Origin: Rhodosorus marinus CCMP1338
Lineage: Eukaryota; Plantae; Rhodophyta
NCBI GenBank assembly: GCA_029953675.1
Contig: JAMWBK010000005.1
Span: 1,240,001-1,304,000 of the forward strand
Direction: 5' to 3'
DNA length: 64,000 nt
The notes beneath the pieces are model-generated. The model had not been told where the DNA came from, made no database searches, and saw only the letters and a list, made by a program, of their open reading frames with translations. A program made the position numbers and the translations under genes. This document shows, piece after piece, positions 1 to 11,674 of the stretch (its first letter is position 1; every line of letters starts with the position of its first letter).

Positions 1-1769
1 CAACGAAATGCAAGACTGCTCCAGGACGAAGCTCACAAAAGATGTCCACTTCAAAGTCTCCTTGAGTGGTGTACTGTGCAATCGAGGACAATCTGTCCAT
101 AGCGTTTTCCATGTTGCCCTGGATTGTCTCGTGTATTCCAACGTTGAGACCAGTAAGACGAATAACCTCGTAATGCCTCAACTGGGACAGTCGTGGATCG
201 CCATGAGACGGGGTAATTTCATCACAAGCAGCTGCAGCATCCTCTATTTGATCTGACCCATCCATGCCCGCCCTCATGAGCGACATACACAGCGAGTTCA
301 GTGCGAGAACCATATCCGTGTTCGGGCTCTCAAGGCGAAGGTACTTCAAGGTATTCTTCCTAGCCTGCAGTTCTTCCTGGTACTTGCCTTGAAAATAGTA
401 GCTTTCCGCAAGGCGATCTTGTTTTCATATCAAATTGGTTAGGACGGAATTTGTCAGTCACGCCATTGTGTTGAGCCAGATTTTTTAATTTTTTTTCAGT
501 GACTTCAATGGCTTACCTTGGAACTCCGCATGCACAGTCCGGTCTTTCAATCCGCTTACAATATCCCCAACACGAGCTAAGAGCTGCCACTCACGGGTAA
601 CCTTCTCCATGGAATTTCGCTTTTCGTCACTGAGCATAGCGTAGCGGTTCTCCCTCAGCTTCTTCCTTGCCAGATGGATTTCTGGAAGTACTCCTATTCG
701 AGCCCTATCATCCAGGAAGAAGTGATATCTTGAACCCCGTCTTCGAGTTTTTCTGAGGATTGCATTATGCGAGAGTAACCGCTTCACAGTCTCCTCATCC
801 AACTTATGTACTCGAGGAGCGCTGCTGCTTGCACTAGAACCGGGCGATTCCTTCCCGAGCTTCTGTTCTCTACTCACTTTTTCCGCCTTCGGTAATTCAG
901 CGTCTTCGGCAGCTTCCGGCTTGTCCGTGCCTTTGGTATCTTTACTGCGCTGGGAATTTGCGGGTTTCTTCCTTGCCAGAGGTTTGGCGGTCTCCATTTT
1001 CACCGCCCCTTTCCCCATGACGACTTTCCGCAGTTTTCCATTAGTTGGCTCCTCGCTGCGGCTCTTTGGGCTAGACGGTGTCTTCTTCTTCACATCAACT
1101 GCATCAAAGCTATACTGTCCGTTCAAATTGACCGTGATTTCCTCAACTACTGGCTGAGGATCGTCAGCCCGCAGGCTTGGCCTATCCTCCGCACCAGCAA
1201 TTATTTTGATGCCCTCGATTTCCTCAACAGGTTTCCTGGATCCTGTCGGCTTCCATAGTGCGGAAGAGCCACTCCCTGGAGCTGTATTGCTAGCTGTGCC
1301 CGTGGTGGTTCCTGCTGTTTTCGACTCGGCCTTTGGCTTGAAGGCGATTTTCTTACTGTCTGCTTTAGATTCAGGCTCTGACAATTTCGTGTTTGCTCCT
1401 AGCCTTGCTTTCTGGGGCTTTTCAGTTTTTCTTAAATCCTTCGCCGAGCTTTTTCCATCTTCAGGAGCTTCTTGACGCACGCTCGTCGGAGGTTTCCGCT
1501 TAGCTCTTATCCTTTTGCTCACATCCTTCTCCGAGCTTGTCGCCTCCACCCTTTTCGCTGCAGCTCCAGGTGCTTTCGTCTGAGCTTTCAGCGTCGCATT
1601 TTGAGCCTTTATCGCTGCGCTCACATCCTTCGCTGCCCTTAAAGCACTCGATCTACGACAAAAAACCGAAACAAGAAACCCCGCAAAGTGAGCTTCCATA
1701 CCCCAATAACCAGGTCATCAGTGCTTTGGATGATAAAACAAAGCAAACCTACCTTCTTAACGCCCACAT
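1..1769 (-). CDS. Hypothetical protein with a Lys/Ser-rich disordered N-terminal half and a TPR-like C-terminal region; probably mitochondrion-targeted; 3' end lies outside the window
   Basis: ATG at 1769. Exon 1 (17 nt, MWALRR) is followed by a GT..AG intron at 1752-1653 that joins in frame to the 485..1699 ORF. A second intron at 516-418 removes the ORF's stop. The frame then continues DRLAESYYFQGKYQEELQARKNTLKYL... (TPR-like helix) with no stop up to the window edge. Confidence 0.75.
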
Positions 1770-3210
1770 GCTGTGCCTTCCCCCCTCCTTAACACATCTG
1801 TTCGTTCATCTATACCCCCGCCCACCACACAAGAAGTCTAGCAAAGCCTAAAATCGAGAACCAGAGGACGCAAGCAGGACGAGCAAAACAAATGAAACAT
1901 CCGAAAAAAGCAAAATATCCGTGCAGACTACTAAATTGGGGGGGGGGGATTTATAAGGCCTTCCTCATCCCCCAAACTCTACTCGCAAAACAGAGACCCA
2001 ACACGTGTACAACCCGAAAGCAAAACCGGAGAACAGCGGCGCTGCGATCACTCAACGATACGAAACAGAATTCAACTAGGAAGAACATTCTTTTCAAGCC
2101 AAAAACAGATCATTCAATGAAAAGGTCGTCGGGTTTTTTGAAACGAACAGGACGAGCGTTTCTCGTTGTCAGCTCCATCCCCAGAGCTTTCGAACATGGT
2201 GCCGGTCACCGACGACGCTGTTTATAGGACTTCATAGAAGAAACCTACAGAGGTGTGGGACGACGACACTGCAGGCGTCTATTAGTCTATTAGGAATCAT
2301 ACAAAGGACGGCGACAAGAAAGCGTGTTTAGCATCTGAACTCGGGTGGCGTTGTGTGAAAACCAAAAGCCTCGTTGACGTTCCCGACGGCGTCTAAGGCG
2401 ACAATATACAAACAACGAAAACTGCCCTGGTGAGATATGACCAGACTGCAGGGAAAGCTGGGCAATTATGATGAACGGATCGACTCCGAGTCGAGCGTTG
2501 CTGACTCTCCTTTTCACTAGATGGGGAGGGTTCTCATCGAGGATGCGACGCCCCGCCCGCAGTGTTGTAATGCGTTCTGTGGTGAGCTACAGCGACCAGG
2601 CTGATAGTGCAGGATCGAGCCAGTTCAGATTGGCGACTTAACACGTGGTGGCCCCACCGACTCAAGCCCGTTATCCTCTATCGTTTCACCCCACATCAAC
2701 TTCGCCGGATGGAGTGGAGTGAGCTAGTCGGGCTCGATGGGGGTGATCGCGAAGTGTTGCCGAAGATCATCCAGCAGATGTCCTACAAAGGATTAGACTA
2801 TTTCGTTTGACCCTACGAGGCACGGAGTAGATGAGACTCTGGAGAGCTCGGATCCAGATACTCTTCATTCCTGAACCTAGAGTTTAGCGTTGTCCAGTGC
2901 GTTTACTCTCGGCCGAAATCGGGCGGACGAAGGACTGGTGGCTGAAGCTAGGAAATGTCAGAACAGACTTGGGGATCCACAAGTCCAAGTCAGTGGCATT
3001 AGAAAAGCTGTCACGGACTCTTTTGTTGCGACCAGTAACGAAGTCTGATTCCGCATATACTGTTGGCCGTCGCTGGTTTTCCAAGTTTAGTTCTCCCTGG
3101 CACTGGCACTCTGCTCTAACAGCAATGATGGAGCTGTAGAGTTGTTCTATATGCATTCTCCCGCCTTTCAACGGCCTTCAAAGATTGAATCGGTACCCCG
3201 CAATCGAGGT

Positions 3211-4351
3211 CTACTTGGCGTCAAGTTGGGCGACGACCACTGCTAGCTGCTGAGCATACTCAGTGATCGTATTCATCAACGCAAAGCATTCTGTTTCCTT
3301 AACCTTCAGTTGCTCCTTAAGGGTGTTGACATCGCTCTGGGGCGAATAGAATCAGAGAGTGGCAGCGAAAATCAGCAGCAAATTTAGGTTTGGGAGCCGA
3401 ATCGTTATGCTTCGATCAAGGAGTCTTACCGTATTTGTCGGTGGAAGCGAGGCGTAGTTCTCGACTTTTTGAGAAGGGGGTCTCTTCTTGCGGACAAACT
3501 GCTTAGCATTGGACTCCTCTTTGGTTGCTTCCTCTATTTCAATCTCTTGATCTCCCTCAACTATCTCGTAGGCCGACAAAATCTCTCCGCTAGGCTTAAA
3601 TATTTCCTTCCTTTGCAACGATACCGACGCGGCAATGATCGATGGGCTGATATCCAATCGTTGCATTGCCTCAACCGCAAGCGCGAGTCTTTCCGCACGT
3701 TTCTGATCCTTCGATATTTGTCTACGTTCTGTCTCCTCCTCGTTCCGAATCTCCTTTAGTTCCTTGTCCCGAACATCTTTGAGTGAAGGCTTTTTCTTTC
3801 GCTTCTTATCGTCTTCCGCGTGCTTACTCTTCGAGGTCTTATTTTTTCTCATTTCGGCCCGCTTCTTCTTGTCCAGTTTCCTTCTTTCTCGTTCATCTGG
3901 AGTTATCCGGTCGTCACCTTCCCCATCTCGAGAAACCGCCTTATTCGAACTAACCCCCCGGAGACCTGTTGGGGCAGTCTTAGTCAGCTTTCCCATGGTT
4001 TTAGATGGCTTCTTCGAGAGCATTTCTGGGCTTGATGTTGCTCCGCTTGGTTTCCTGGCCAAAGTCTCTCCATCTCTTGAAGGTCCCCTGTTCAATCTGC
4101 TCACACTGCCACTAGGCCTTCGGTCGAGCCCGACATCAGACGAAGCTACAGAGCCGGATTTGAGAGAGCCCTTCCTCGGCGCTGAAACCAGAGTTTTGGG
4201 GCTCTGTCTCCCATCTATTCCATTGAAATTAAAAGGAGCAACAACAGCATGCACATAAAAATCTTTCTCTTAGTCCTTCCACCGTCATAAGGGGAGGGGG
4301 ATCAGGAGTGATCGGCAACCCCAAGATTTCGCCCAACTTACACTGATCCAT
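3211..4351 (-). CDS. Hypothetical basic, low-complexity protein with a C-terminal coiled coil (3 exons)
   Basis: ATG at 4351. Exon 1 is 10 nt, followed by a GTAAGT intron at 4341-4215 (gives MDQYGRQSPK...). The main exon is the 300-aa ORF. A GTAAGA intron at 3429-3337 leads to a last exon SDVNTLKEQLKVKETECFALMNTITEYAQQLAVVVAQLDAK* ending at TAG 3211. Both splices preserve the frame. Confidence 0.75.
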
Positions 4352-4939
4352 AGCAAATAATTCTTGAGCAGAGCCAGAAGTTGCAAAAATTCCCGACAAA
4401 AAGGCCAATCGATCAACTCAACACGCGCCTCAAACGCTTCCCAAAACAAGTCAGGGCCAACCCCCCCCCCCGCTACCCCCTCAAGCTCGATTGCGATCGC
4501 CAACCGCCACCCGAAAGATATTAATAATAAAACGCCCGTTTCCACGCTCTCAAACGTGAGTGATTTGAACCTTGGACAAAGGCATCCTCTTGTGTCCCCA
4601 AATCCCTCCCACAGTCTTCTGGTTCTCGTCTAGTCCTCCTCTCGAGCATGTAGAAACTCATCTGGACGTGATCCCCAAAAAGCCGTTCAACAATATGTTT
4701 GCCTTACAACATCATGGGCATAGGAGTCTAACTACCTTGAGGCAGATCACGAATGGACAATCACCAAGTTTCTGAATGGATTGGGTGCTCTAGTCCGAGC
4801 TAAGGTTGATAACTTCCAGACTAGTGATAAACCAGGACATTTATTTCCATTAAGCTGGTTAATAGGTCCCCAAGTGAAAGGAGAGTGACTGGATCTCGAA
4901 AAGCCAAGAACGGTTTGTGCTGGATGACCAACGTCAGGT

Positions 4940-5240
4940 TTCTGAATGGTTTTGGGGGTGTCGGTGCTGCATTCGTGTTGACAAGCCAATGCAGGGAGGT
5001 ATAGCAGAGCATTTGGCTACCAATCTCCTCATACATCCCCAGAGGGAGGAGGCTGTAGGAGCTCGGTGATTCCTGAACATGTCGTACAAGGACTTCAGAT
5101 AGTTCTGGGTAAGCGGACTTTGTTTCGTAAGGTCGATAAAGCGTAGCCAGCGACTAGACATGGTATTAAAAATTATTGTCTCTGCTCTTTGCAATTCATG
5201 AATCACTTGATTCCGGACCAGTGCCCAGCGCACTGCAACT
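4940..5240 (-). mobile_element. Possible highly decayed non-LTR retrotransposon reverse transcriptase fragment (CRE-like)
   Basis: With one base of frameshift the sequence reads GD(V)MRRLVAKC, resembling the RT motif RPIAVGE(V/T)LRRLVxKC. LRFIDL lies about 40 codons upstream. Downstream RT motifs are not recognisable. Confidence 0.25.
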
Positions 5241-5295
5241 ATCTCGGCGGATTAATTCGGGCTACTCAGAAACCGAGTGATCTTGCCTTGGTCGC

Positions 5296-5572
5296 TTCAT
5301 CTAATAGGCAGCACTGGGCGGAATTGTCACCTGAGTGTCCCGAACAGAACAGAAGCACAATTATCAATCAATACAACATCTATTTTCTCCCTTCCCTTCA
5401 TCTATCTCAAACCCGGGTCCAGCTCCCTACGTCCATCTACTGTTCAGGCGGAGTAAAAAATCGGCTGCTCGAGGCACTCTACATTACCCTCTTCATCTAG
5501 CAGACAGTACTAGGCAGGATTGTCATCTAGGTGTCCCGAACAGCCATACTTTCATCAAGCAATACAACCTCT
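5296..5572. repeat. Imperfect direct repeat pair (~80 bp units, ~195 bp apart)
   Basis: cttcatctaataggcagcactgggcggaattgtcacctgagtgtcccgaacag...caatacaac matches cttcatctagcagacagtactaggcaggattgtcatctaggtgtcccgaacag...caatacaac. Confidence 0.75.
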
Positions 5573-6061
5573 GTGATCGCCCTTACAGCGATCTGCCGAA
5601 CACACGTTTTATCCCGTCTACCCAAGCTGCTTGAGCTAACTCGGTGGTTGTCTTGACTTCACATGTCTTGAAACTGTCCGCCGTTAGGTCAGGTGTGTGG
5701 CGAAGCTGATTCAGAAGCAGAGTGCCATTGAATTTAAATCATCTGTGCCAACGTAGCTTTCGATTGTCCGCGTTCTATGGAACTGTATTGCACTGGTCAT
5801 TGGAGCGGGTTTGGCTTCATCAAAAGGAGCAGTGCTCGACGATCATCAGGTTATCCTGGATGAGACGACTCCGTACTGCTGTTCAGCTGAAGCATGGTAC
5901 TCTCCCTGAAGAGTAGACAGCGGGTCAGAGTTCAGCGCACACCGGAAACATGAGTGCCGGATCAAGTTTTCCATCCACAGTTCACCGCCGTAGATTTGCG
6001 CAAGCCGACGACATCAAAGGCAAGAAATCCATTGGTCAATACAAGAGTAAATTCCAATTAC

Positions 6062-6607
6062 CACTCTTCTGACCATGCACACAACGTGTGGGCAACTTTC
6101 ATGACACTAGCATCCCAGCGAGTTCGAGCTGCATCCTCCTCTGGTGTGCGGAGTAGGGGCGGAACAAAGCCATTCGTCACTACAAGAGGCAATTTTCACT
6201 TATCACTCTTCTGACCATGCACAAGAACGTGTAGTCAACTATCATGACACTAGCGTTCCGGCGAGTTCGAGCTTCATCCTCCTCAGATGCAGCGAGTGGG
6301 GGCGGAAAGGTTGCTGTCGGCTTTCGCGAATTCTTGATAGAGAGCATCACTTGTCCAGATGCACTTGAGAACTACTTTCCGCAAATGGAACACGTATGGT
6401 TGTGACAAAACGCAAACGCTGCCAAAGTAGCTGTAACCCCTGTTCCGGCGAGTCCGAGCTCACACTCCTCTGATCCACAGAGCAGGGGCGGAAAGGTGGC
6501 CCGCTTTGGCGAACTCCTGGTAGAGGGCGTCACCTCTAAGTGGATCCGGACGCTTTCCGCAAATGGAACGCGTCTGGTTGTGACAAAACACAAACGCTGC
6601 CTAAGTA
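6062..6607. repeat. Nested imperfect tandem duplications (periods ~142 and ~178 bp)
   Basis: 6062-6164 matches 6204-6307 (cactcttctgaccatgcaca...catgacactagc...gagttcgagct...ggggcggaa). About 6255-6429 matches 6442-6607 (gttccggcgag...ggcggaaaggt...ctttccgcaaatggaac...ggttgtgacaaaac.caaacgctgcc). Confidence 0.85.
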
Positions 6608-6954
6608 CCAGAAACTCTTGCATTACACGAGTAAATGGGGACAGTTTCAATCAAAAATTGATTACTGCCCTGACATTCGCAGATGCAAATGAGCTTCTAC
6701 GACCGCTAGATGAGCCCGAGATCTCTTACAGAGTGTTTCAGAAGACTTGTTGAGTGCGACTAGACACCCCGTTTACTACCTCAACAGATCTATCAGATGT
6801 GCAAAAAGTTCATTCTCAATACAGCACGTGCTTACCAAATAATGCTTCAGTACTTTGGCTTCAGCATTGCACCAGAGACCATACTTCAAACTTTACTAAA
6901 GCACTGAAAATCTAGAAACATGGATAAAAAATCTACTGTCACCCAACGAAGCAA

Positions 6955-7157
6955 GCTCTCGGAGCACCAGTCCTGGTCCCCGCCACGATATCATCACACC
7001 TAACTATCTCAACAAAAAGGATTAGCTGCGTCTTGTTCGATCCACGTGGCCGTACCGTCGACGATTTTTGGTGTTTTCAACCCGATTCGTCTCTCGGAGC
7101 AAGAGCCTTGGTCACCCGCCACAACACATCATCCCACCTGACGAACTCGATGAAAAG
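6955..7157. repeat. Imperfect direct repeat pair (~65 bp units, ~135 bp apart)
   Basis: tctcggagcaccagtcctggtccccgccacgatatcatcacacctaac...aaaagg matches tctcggagcaagagccttggtcacccgccacaacacatcatcccacctgac...aaaagg. Confidence 0.7.
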
Positions 7158-10100
7158 GAATTCGTTGAGTGTTCTTCCATCTACATGGTAACCGCGACGG
7201 TGAAAAAAAAGAACTGTTTCAGCCCCGTTAGGGGGAAGTTTTCTGTAAGCATCATACGAACACCTACATAGACAATTTGGTTTTCAAGCAAAACATAACA
7301 ACCATCAGCAGTCACAGCTCTGTGGTGTATGTTACTGTTCTATCTCCATCCCAGTCCAAAAAAACACAACAAACAGCCTGGGGCTAATGGTTTTACTCTG
7401 AAACGTGTCAATGAAGACTCTTCTTGCACCAAAGTCCAAAAAAAATTCTACGACCTTTCTCAAATATCATGTTGAATATGTCATCCTCCCTTCTAGGGCG
7501 TTCGCAGAGTCGAGTTTTACTGACACTTTGAAACAAGAAAAAATTAAAACGACGCGACTGTCGTCTTTTACCCTCCAAGCAAAAACCGCCCTCCCCCAAA
7601 AATTACAATACCAGAAAATTGTGTTTAATTCCTCACACCGGACAGTTTTTCTATGCTCTTCCAACAAAAAAACCCTCTTTTTTGTTACATAGCCGGTAAA
7701 CCGGTTTTCAACCAAAAAACAAAACAAAAACGGGAAGCTAAGGAGTCCACAAACGCCCAGTTTTTTCAATGTTCCTAAAAAGGAAAACTCCATTTTTAAC
7801 ATTGTCGTCGGCAGTTTCCAAAACCGATTGTTTTTCATTCTTTTCTCCTTCCATCCATCCCCCTTACAGATTCCGTACAAATACAGATATTTCAATACAC
7901 AAAATCCCATCCTTCCCACTGAGTGGGAAAAAAAAGAAAAATACACTCACACCAGAAAACAACGATTCCATGCAAGACGAAACGTGATCCACCTGACCAT
8001 TTATAAGGATTTCAAAATGATAGTTTTTCAAAAGAACCGTCGATAGTCTGAAAAACTGTACTTTCTTGGCAGAATATTCGAAATCGACGTTTTTAAAAAT
8101 CTTTGCTAATTGATCAGTCAATATAGCTTGAATATTTTAAAACTTAAACTCTGTCGGTGGATTATAATGACTGAGTCCTGATCTGTTTTCGTTGTGACCT
8201 TTTCGTGATTGGCCCAGATCTTGAGCACTATCGTGGATATTGCGGGAAGGACAGACTGTACTTCTGCCGACACCTTTCGAGGAATTGGGGTTTGAAGGAA
8301 GTTTGCAATTCAATACTTTTCTTTTGAACCTCTAAAACTGATCGGCAGTGGTTCAATTTCCTATGACACGTGGGGAAACGCTATTACACGCACCTCCAAT
8401 ACGGCCGTCCACGGGTGTTTTTTTTTTTTTTTCCGGTGCCGTAAATTGATCATGACGATGTGCGCGTATGTATTCAGTATCAGGAACAAAATTATGGAGT
8501 ATGTGACAAGCTCCATATGGTGATAGATGTTTGTGTTTCAATATATCTCATAGCCTTTGTTCATTTTTAAGAGAGATTGTGCTTAAAGTATGGCTACCTC
8601 ACTTGGAGACATGAACGGGGTTGAAGCTCAATACTGGAAATAGAGCTCTATCTCTGGACGTTCTATCAGGGAGTAATCCTTCACAGGGTGACAAGAAACC
8701 GAATTTTTGTAAGTTGTACTTCAATCAATATAAATTTGAATACTAAAAATAATATGTTCTTTTTAAGCCAGTCAGTCATTAATGAATCTTTGAATGGTTG
8801 GCGCTCGTGGAAACAGGGAAGCTGACCTGGAGTAACTAAAGTAACACGAGCACGAATATAGTCGATTCTCCCTCTCCGCAACGGCTTTCCAAGGAAGAAA
8901 AGACTGGACAATCCGCATAGCCCCCCCCGTCCTCTGTTGGATATTTGCGTCGGATTGAACTCACAAACAGCCCCACACAGATCGCTAGGAGAATTCCATC
9001 TTCAAGGTTTTGCCTTCTTTTTAGGAAGAGGTTGAAGAAAGGCTCAGAAATCGATCACCTAAGCGTTATTTATGCCCCCCAGAACTGTAGAAATAAGATA
9101 TTCTTCCTTTCCGAGGCGGAGGAGCACCCCAAATCCCGCCCTCCACGTCCCCTTGTCAGGAACGCACCCCTCAAGAATGGCCCGCTTCTAAAGGAGCAAC
9201 CATTCCCATCGATCTTGAGGGAGGGGGGAGAGACTGCCTTGTAAGTCCAAAGAGATGCTTTCCGTTAAAAAACAGCCATTTCTCCAAGCTATTAGTGTTC
9301 GCCCTCTAAATTAATAACAAATTAAGTCTTTGTAAGCATTAAACTGTGTCTGCTGAAATACCCAGACACACAAATTGTCCAATCAGAATTAACGAAAGGC
9401 CGACAGAAAAACAAACCGTGCGGTGATTCGTTGAAATAGTTTAGACAGCTTGTCCTCCTATGGAAAGAGAAAGAGTACGGTTTGGCACATATTTTTTAGC
9501 CCCTCCGTTCCTTACAGAGTTTATATAATATGGAACTTTTTTCTCATTGGAAAGGAAGTTTTTTAGGAGGTTGAAGGAGAGCCCCCAAAAGAGGAAAAAC
9601 CATTAAAACTTGTATGGAGATTTTTGACGGGATATTGTTTGCGTTGAGTTTTTTTTCTTTGAAAACAGATGCTGTTGTTTTTTTTTCCTTACTTACGTTG
9701 TTTTCTCTGAAATTTTCTTGCTTTTGGATGTTTGCCAGGCGTTTTACTTTTTGTACGGAAAAAATGATCATCGCTTATGATTTATATTGTGTTTGGCATT
9801 ATTTGTTTGTTTGGTGTTTTTTCCAGGTTGTTTCCTTTTAGCCTGATTCCTCATGTAGTTGATAAAATACAGCCGACTTCCTCCGTTCAATTTTGGAGTT
9901 CCTCGTTGAGGGGAGGACGTGGAGGTATAGAAAATTGCAAACCCTTCAAAACGGTGGCATTTGATATACTACGCAATTCTATGGGTTACCGCGATGGGGT
10001 AGATTGGTGTTCGGAGGTCGATTTTAAGTCTGGGTGGCGCTGAGGTATTAAGGGGCTCAGCTGTACGGCGAGGTAGGACGAGAAGGAGGCAGCTTAGAGG

Positions 10101-10867
10101 AGAAGTGGATGTGTACCGCGATAGAGGTCTGGACGAGGTAGAGTGGAGGGTGAATACTGTGTGGTTGAGGAAGGATGAACTTTGCGCAGGTGAGGTCGGA
10201 GGTTGTGTGAAATGTTACATGAGACTGTGATTGGGAGTGAAGAGTTTGGACGAGACTTGGACGTGAAAGGAGAAGGTTCGGTTGATAGCATAGGCTGTGA
10301 GAGTTGGAAAATGCACGATATGGTGAAGAGGAAGAAGGTCAGCTTCAGCGACAAGGTGTTGGTCGTCTGGATCACCCCCGAGAAGGGGCCCGTCGGGGGC
10401 GGCATGGATGCTGACTGGGGTCACGAAAGAGCGGGGCAGAGTGATTTAGTTTAGCCCGCCGACGTGTAAATCTTTTTTTAACTTGCTAAGGCTCATGTCA
10501 TAGCGGAGCGGTCTTCCATAACTGTAGATAGGAGGAGTTACCAAACCATACTAACAGAAGAAGTTTGTGCATATAAAAGTTTTGACAAACAAATTCATGA
10601 AAGTAATACACGCTCGAAAGCTGCCTGCAGGAGGGGCATGGTGGTGCTGTGCGGAGTCAAAACCCTCTCATGTGTACTGGATTAGCTCACCCTTTATTAT
10701 ACTACAGAAAATTACAGACACAATAGTGGACGCTTCCTAATACATACATGACAGTAACAAGTCTCTGCACATTCACACTTTCACGCCCATGCGCCTACTT
10801 CCGCGTCATGCTATCTAATACCTAGGCAAGAAACGACAAGACTGAGAATTCCCCAATATATCGAAAG

Positions 10868-11200
10868 TCAACTAAGTTCTCCTTGACATACCTCCTTAGC
10901 GGCCTGTACTTTCCATCGCAGATATTTGGAACCACCCTTCTCAGGATCGTTCGCAGCGTAGTGCCGGTTGAAAGCAGCCTCCACCTCCTCCGGCGTATTC
11001 TTCGCGCGAAGATTCAGTACCATCCTCGCCTCCGCTGCATCCATACGACCTCGAACGACGCTGCTGGCGAGCTGACCACCTCCACTGGACGCCTCCTGCA
11101 GCGCTATTCGATACGCCTGCCCAACTGCACGAGTTCCATACGTGAAACCATAAACAAGCAACCGTGCAAGAACGTTGGAAAGACCTCCCACTACCACCAT
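10868..11200 (-). CDS. PAM16: Mitochondrial import motor subunit Pam16/Tim16 (J-like domain)
   Basis: Intronless 110-aa ORF with Pam16 hallmarks: RAVGQAYRIALQ, MDAAEARMVLN, a degenerate J domain lacking HPD (NDPEKGGSKYL..KV..AKE). Confidence 0.92.
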   Translation of the reverse strand: MVVVGGLSNVLARLLVYGFTYGTRAVGQAYRIALQEASSGGGQLASSVVRGRMDAAEARMVLNLRAKNTPEEVEAAFNRHYAANDPEKGGSKYLRWKVQAAKEVCQGELS

Positions 11201-11674
11201 TACTGCTGCTTCCTATATACCATCACCGTATCACTCTCTATATATGCTTTGAGCCTTCGCCTCCATCTTATCATCCTTTCCCCCGCGCAGTCGAACACTT
11301 CCAAAAAGGTGACTTTGAAAAAGTCCTCTTCGCGTGGCGGAAAGCAGAAATGGTTCCATCATTGCCGATTCGTGGAATTGATGCAATTTTGGAGACTCGG
11401 GATTAGCTCGGGCGCACTGAAAGAGGGGAGGGAAGCATCTAGAAATACTCCGGGCGCATATTTTGTGGGAGTTGATAGAGAAGAGTGTCGGTTCTGGTTC
11501 CCCATTCCTTACACAAACCGCGAACTGTCAGAGAGCATGCGCATGCGGGGGTTTACTGAGATTCAGCTCGCATGAGCTCTTGTCGGGGACCTGTTCATGC
11601 TCAAAGGCAAAATCTAAACGAAAGCCTGTTAATATTCAATATAGGCTTCGTCAACACATGACAGAGGTTTTGGT

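Noticed and set aside
2190-3190. DIRS-like or pseudogene remnant between the first two genes
   Set aside because: Only vague peptide resemblances (SSDWRLN, VLPKIIQQM) in frames full of stops; not supportable without a search.
6062-6607. CRISPR-like repeat/spacer array
   Set aside because: Units are 100-180 bp, degenerate and overlapping, with no constant short repeat plus unique spacers and no cas genes; the context is eukaryotic.
10883-11575. 230-aa plus-strand ORF
   Set aside because: It is the antisense shadow of PAM16 and its promoter, has a TTG start and no protein-like features.
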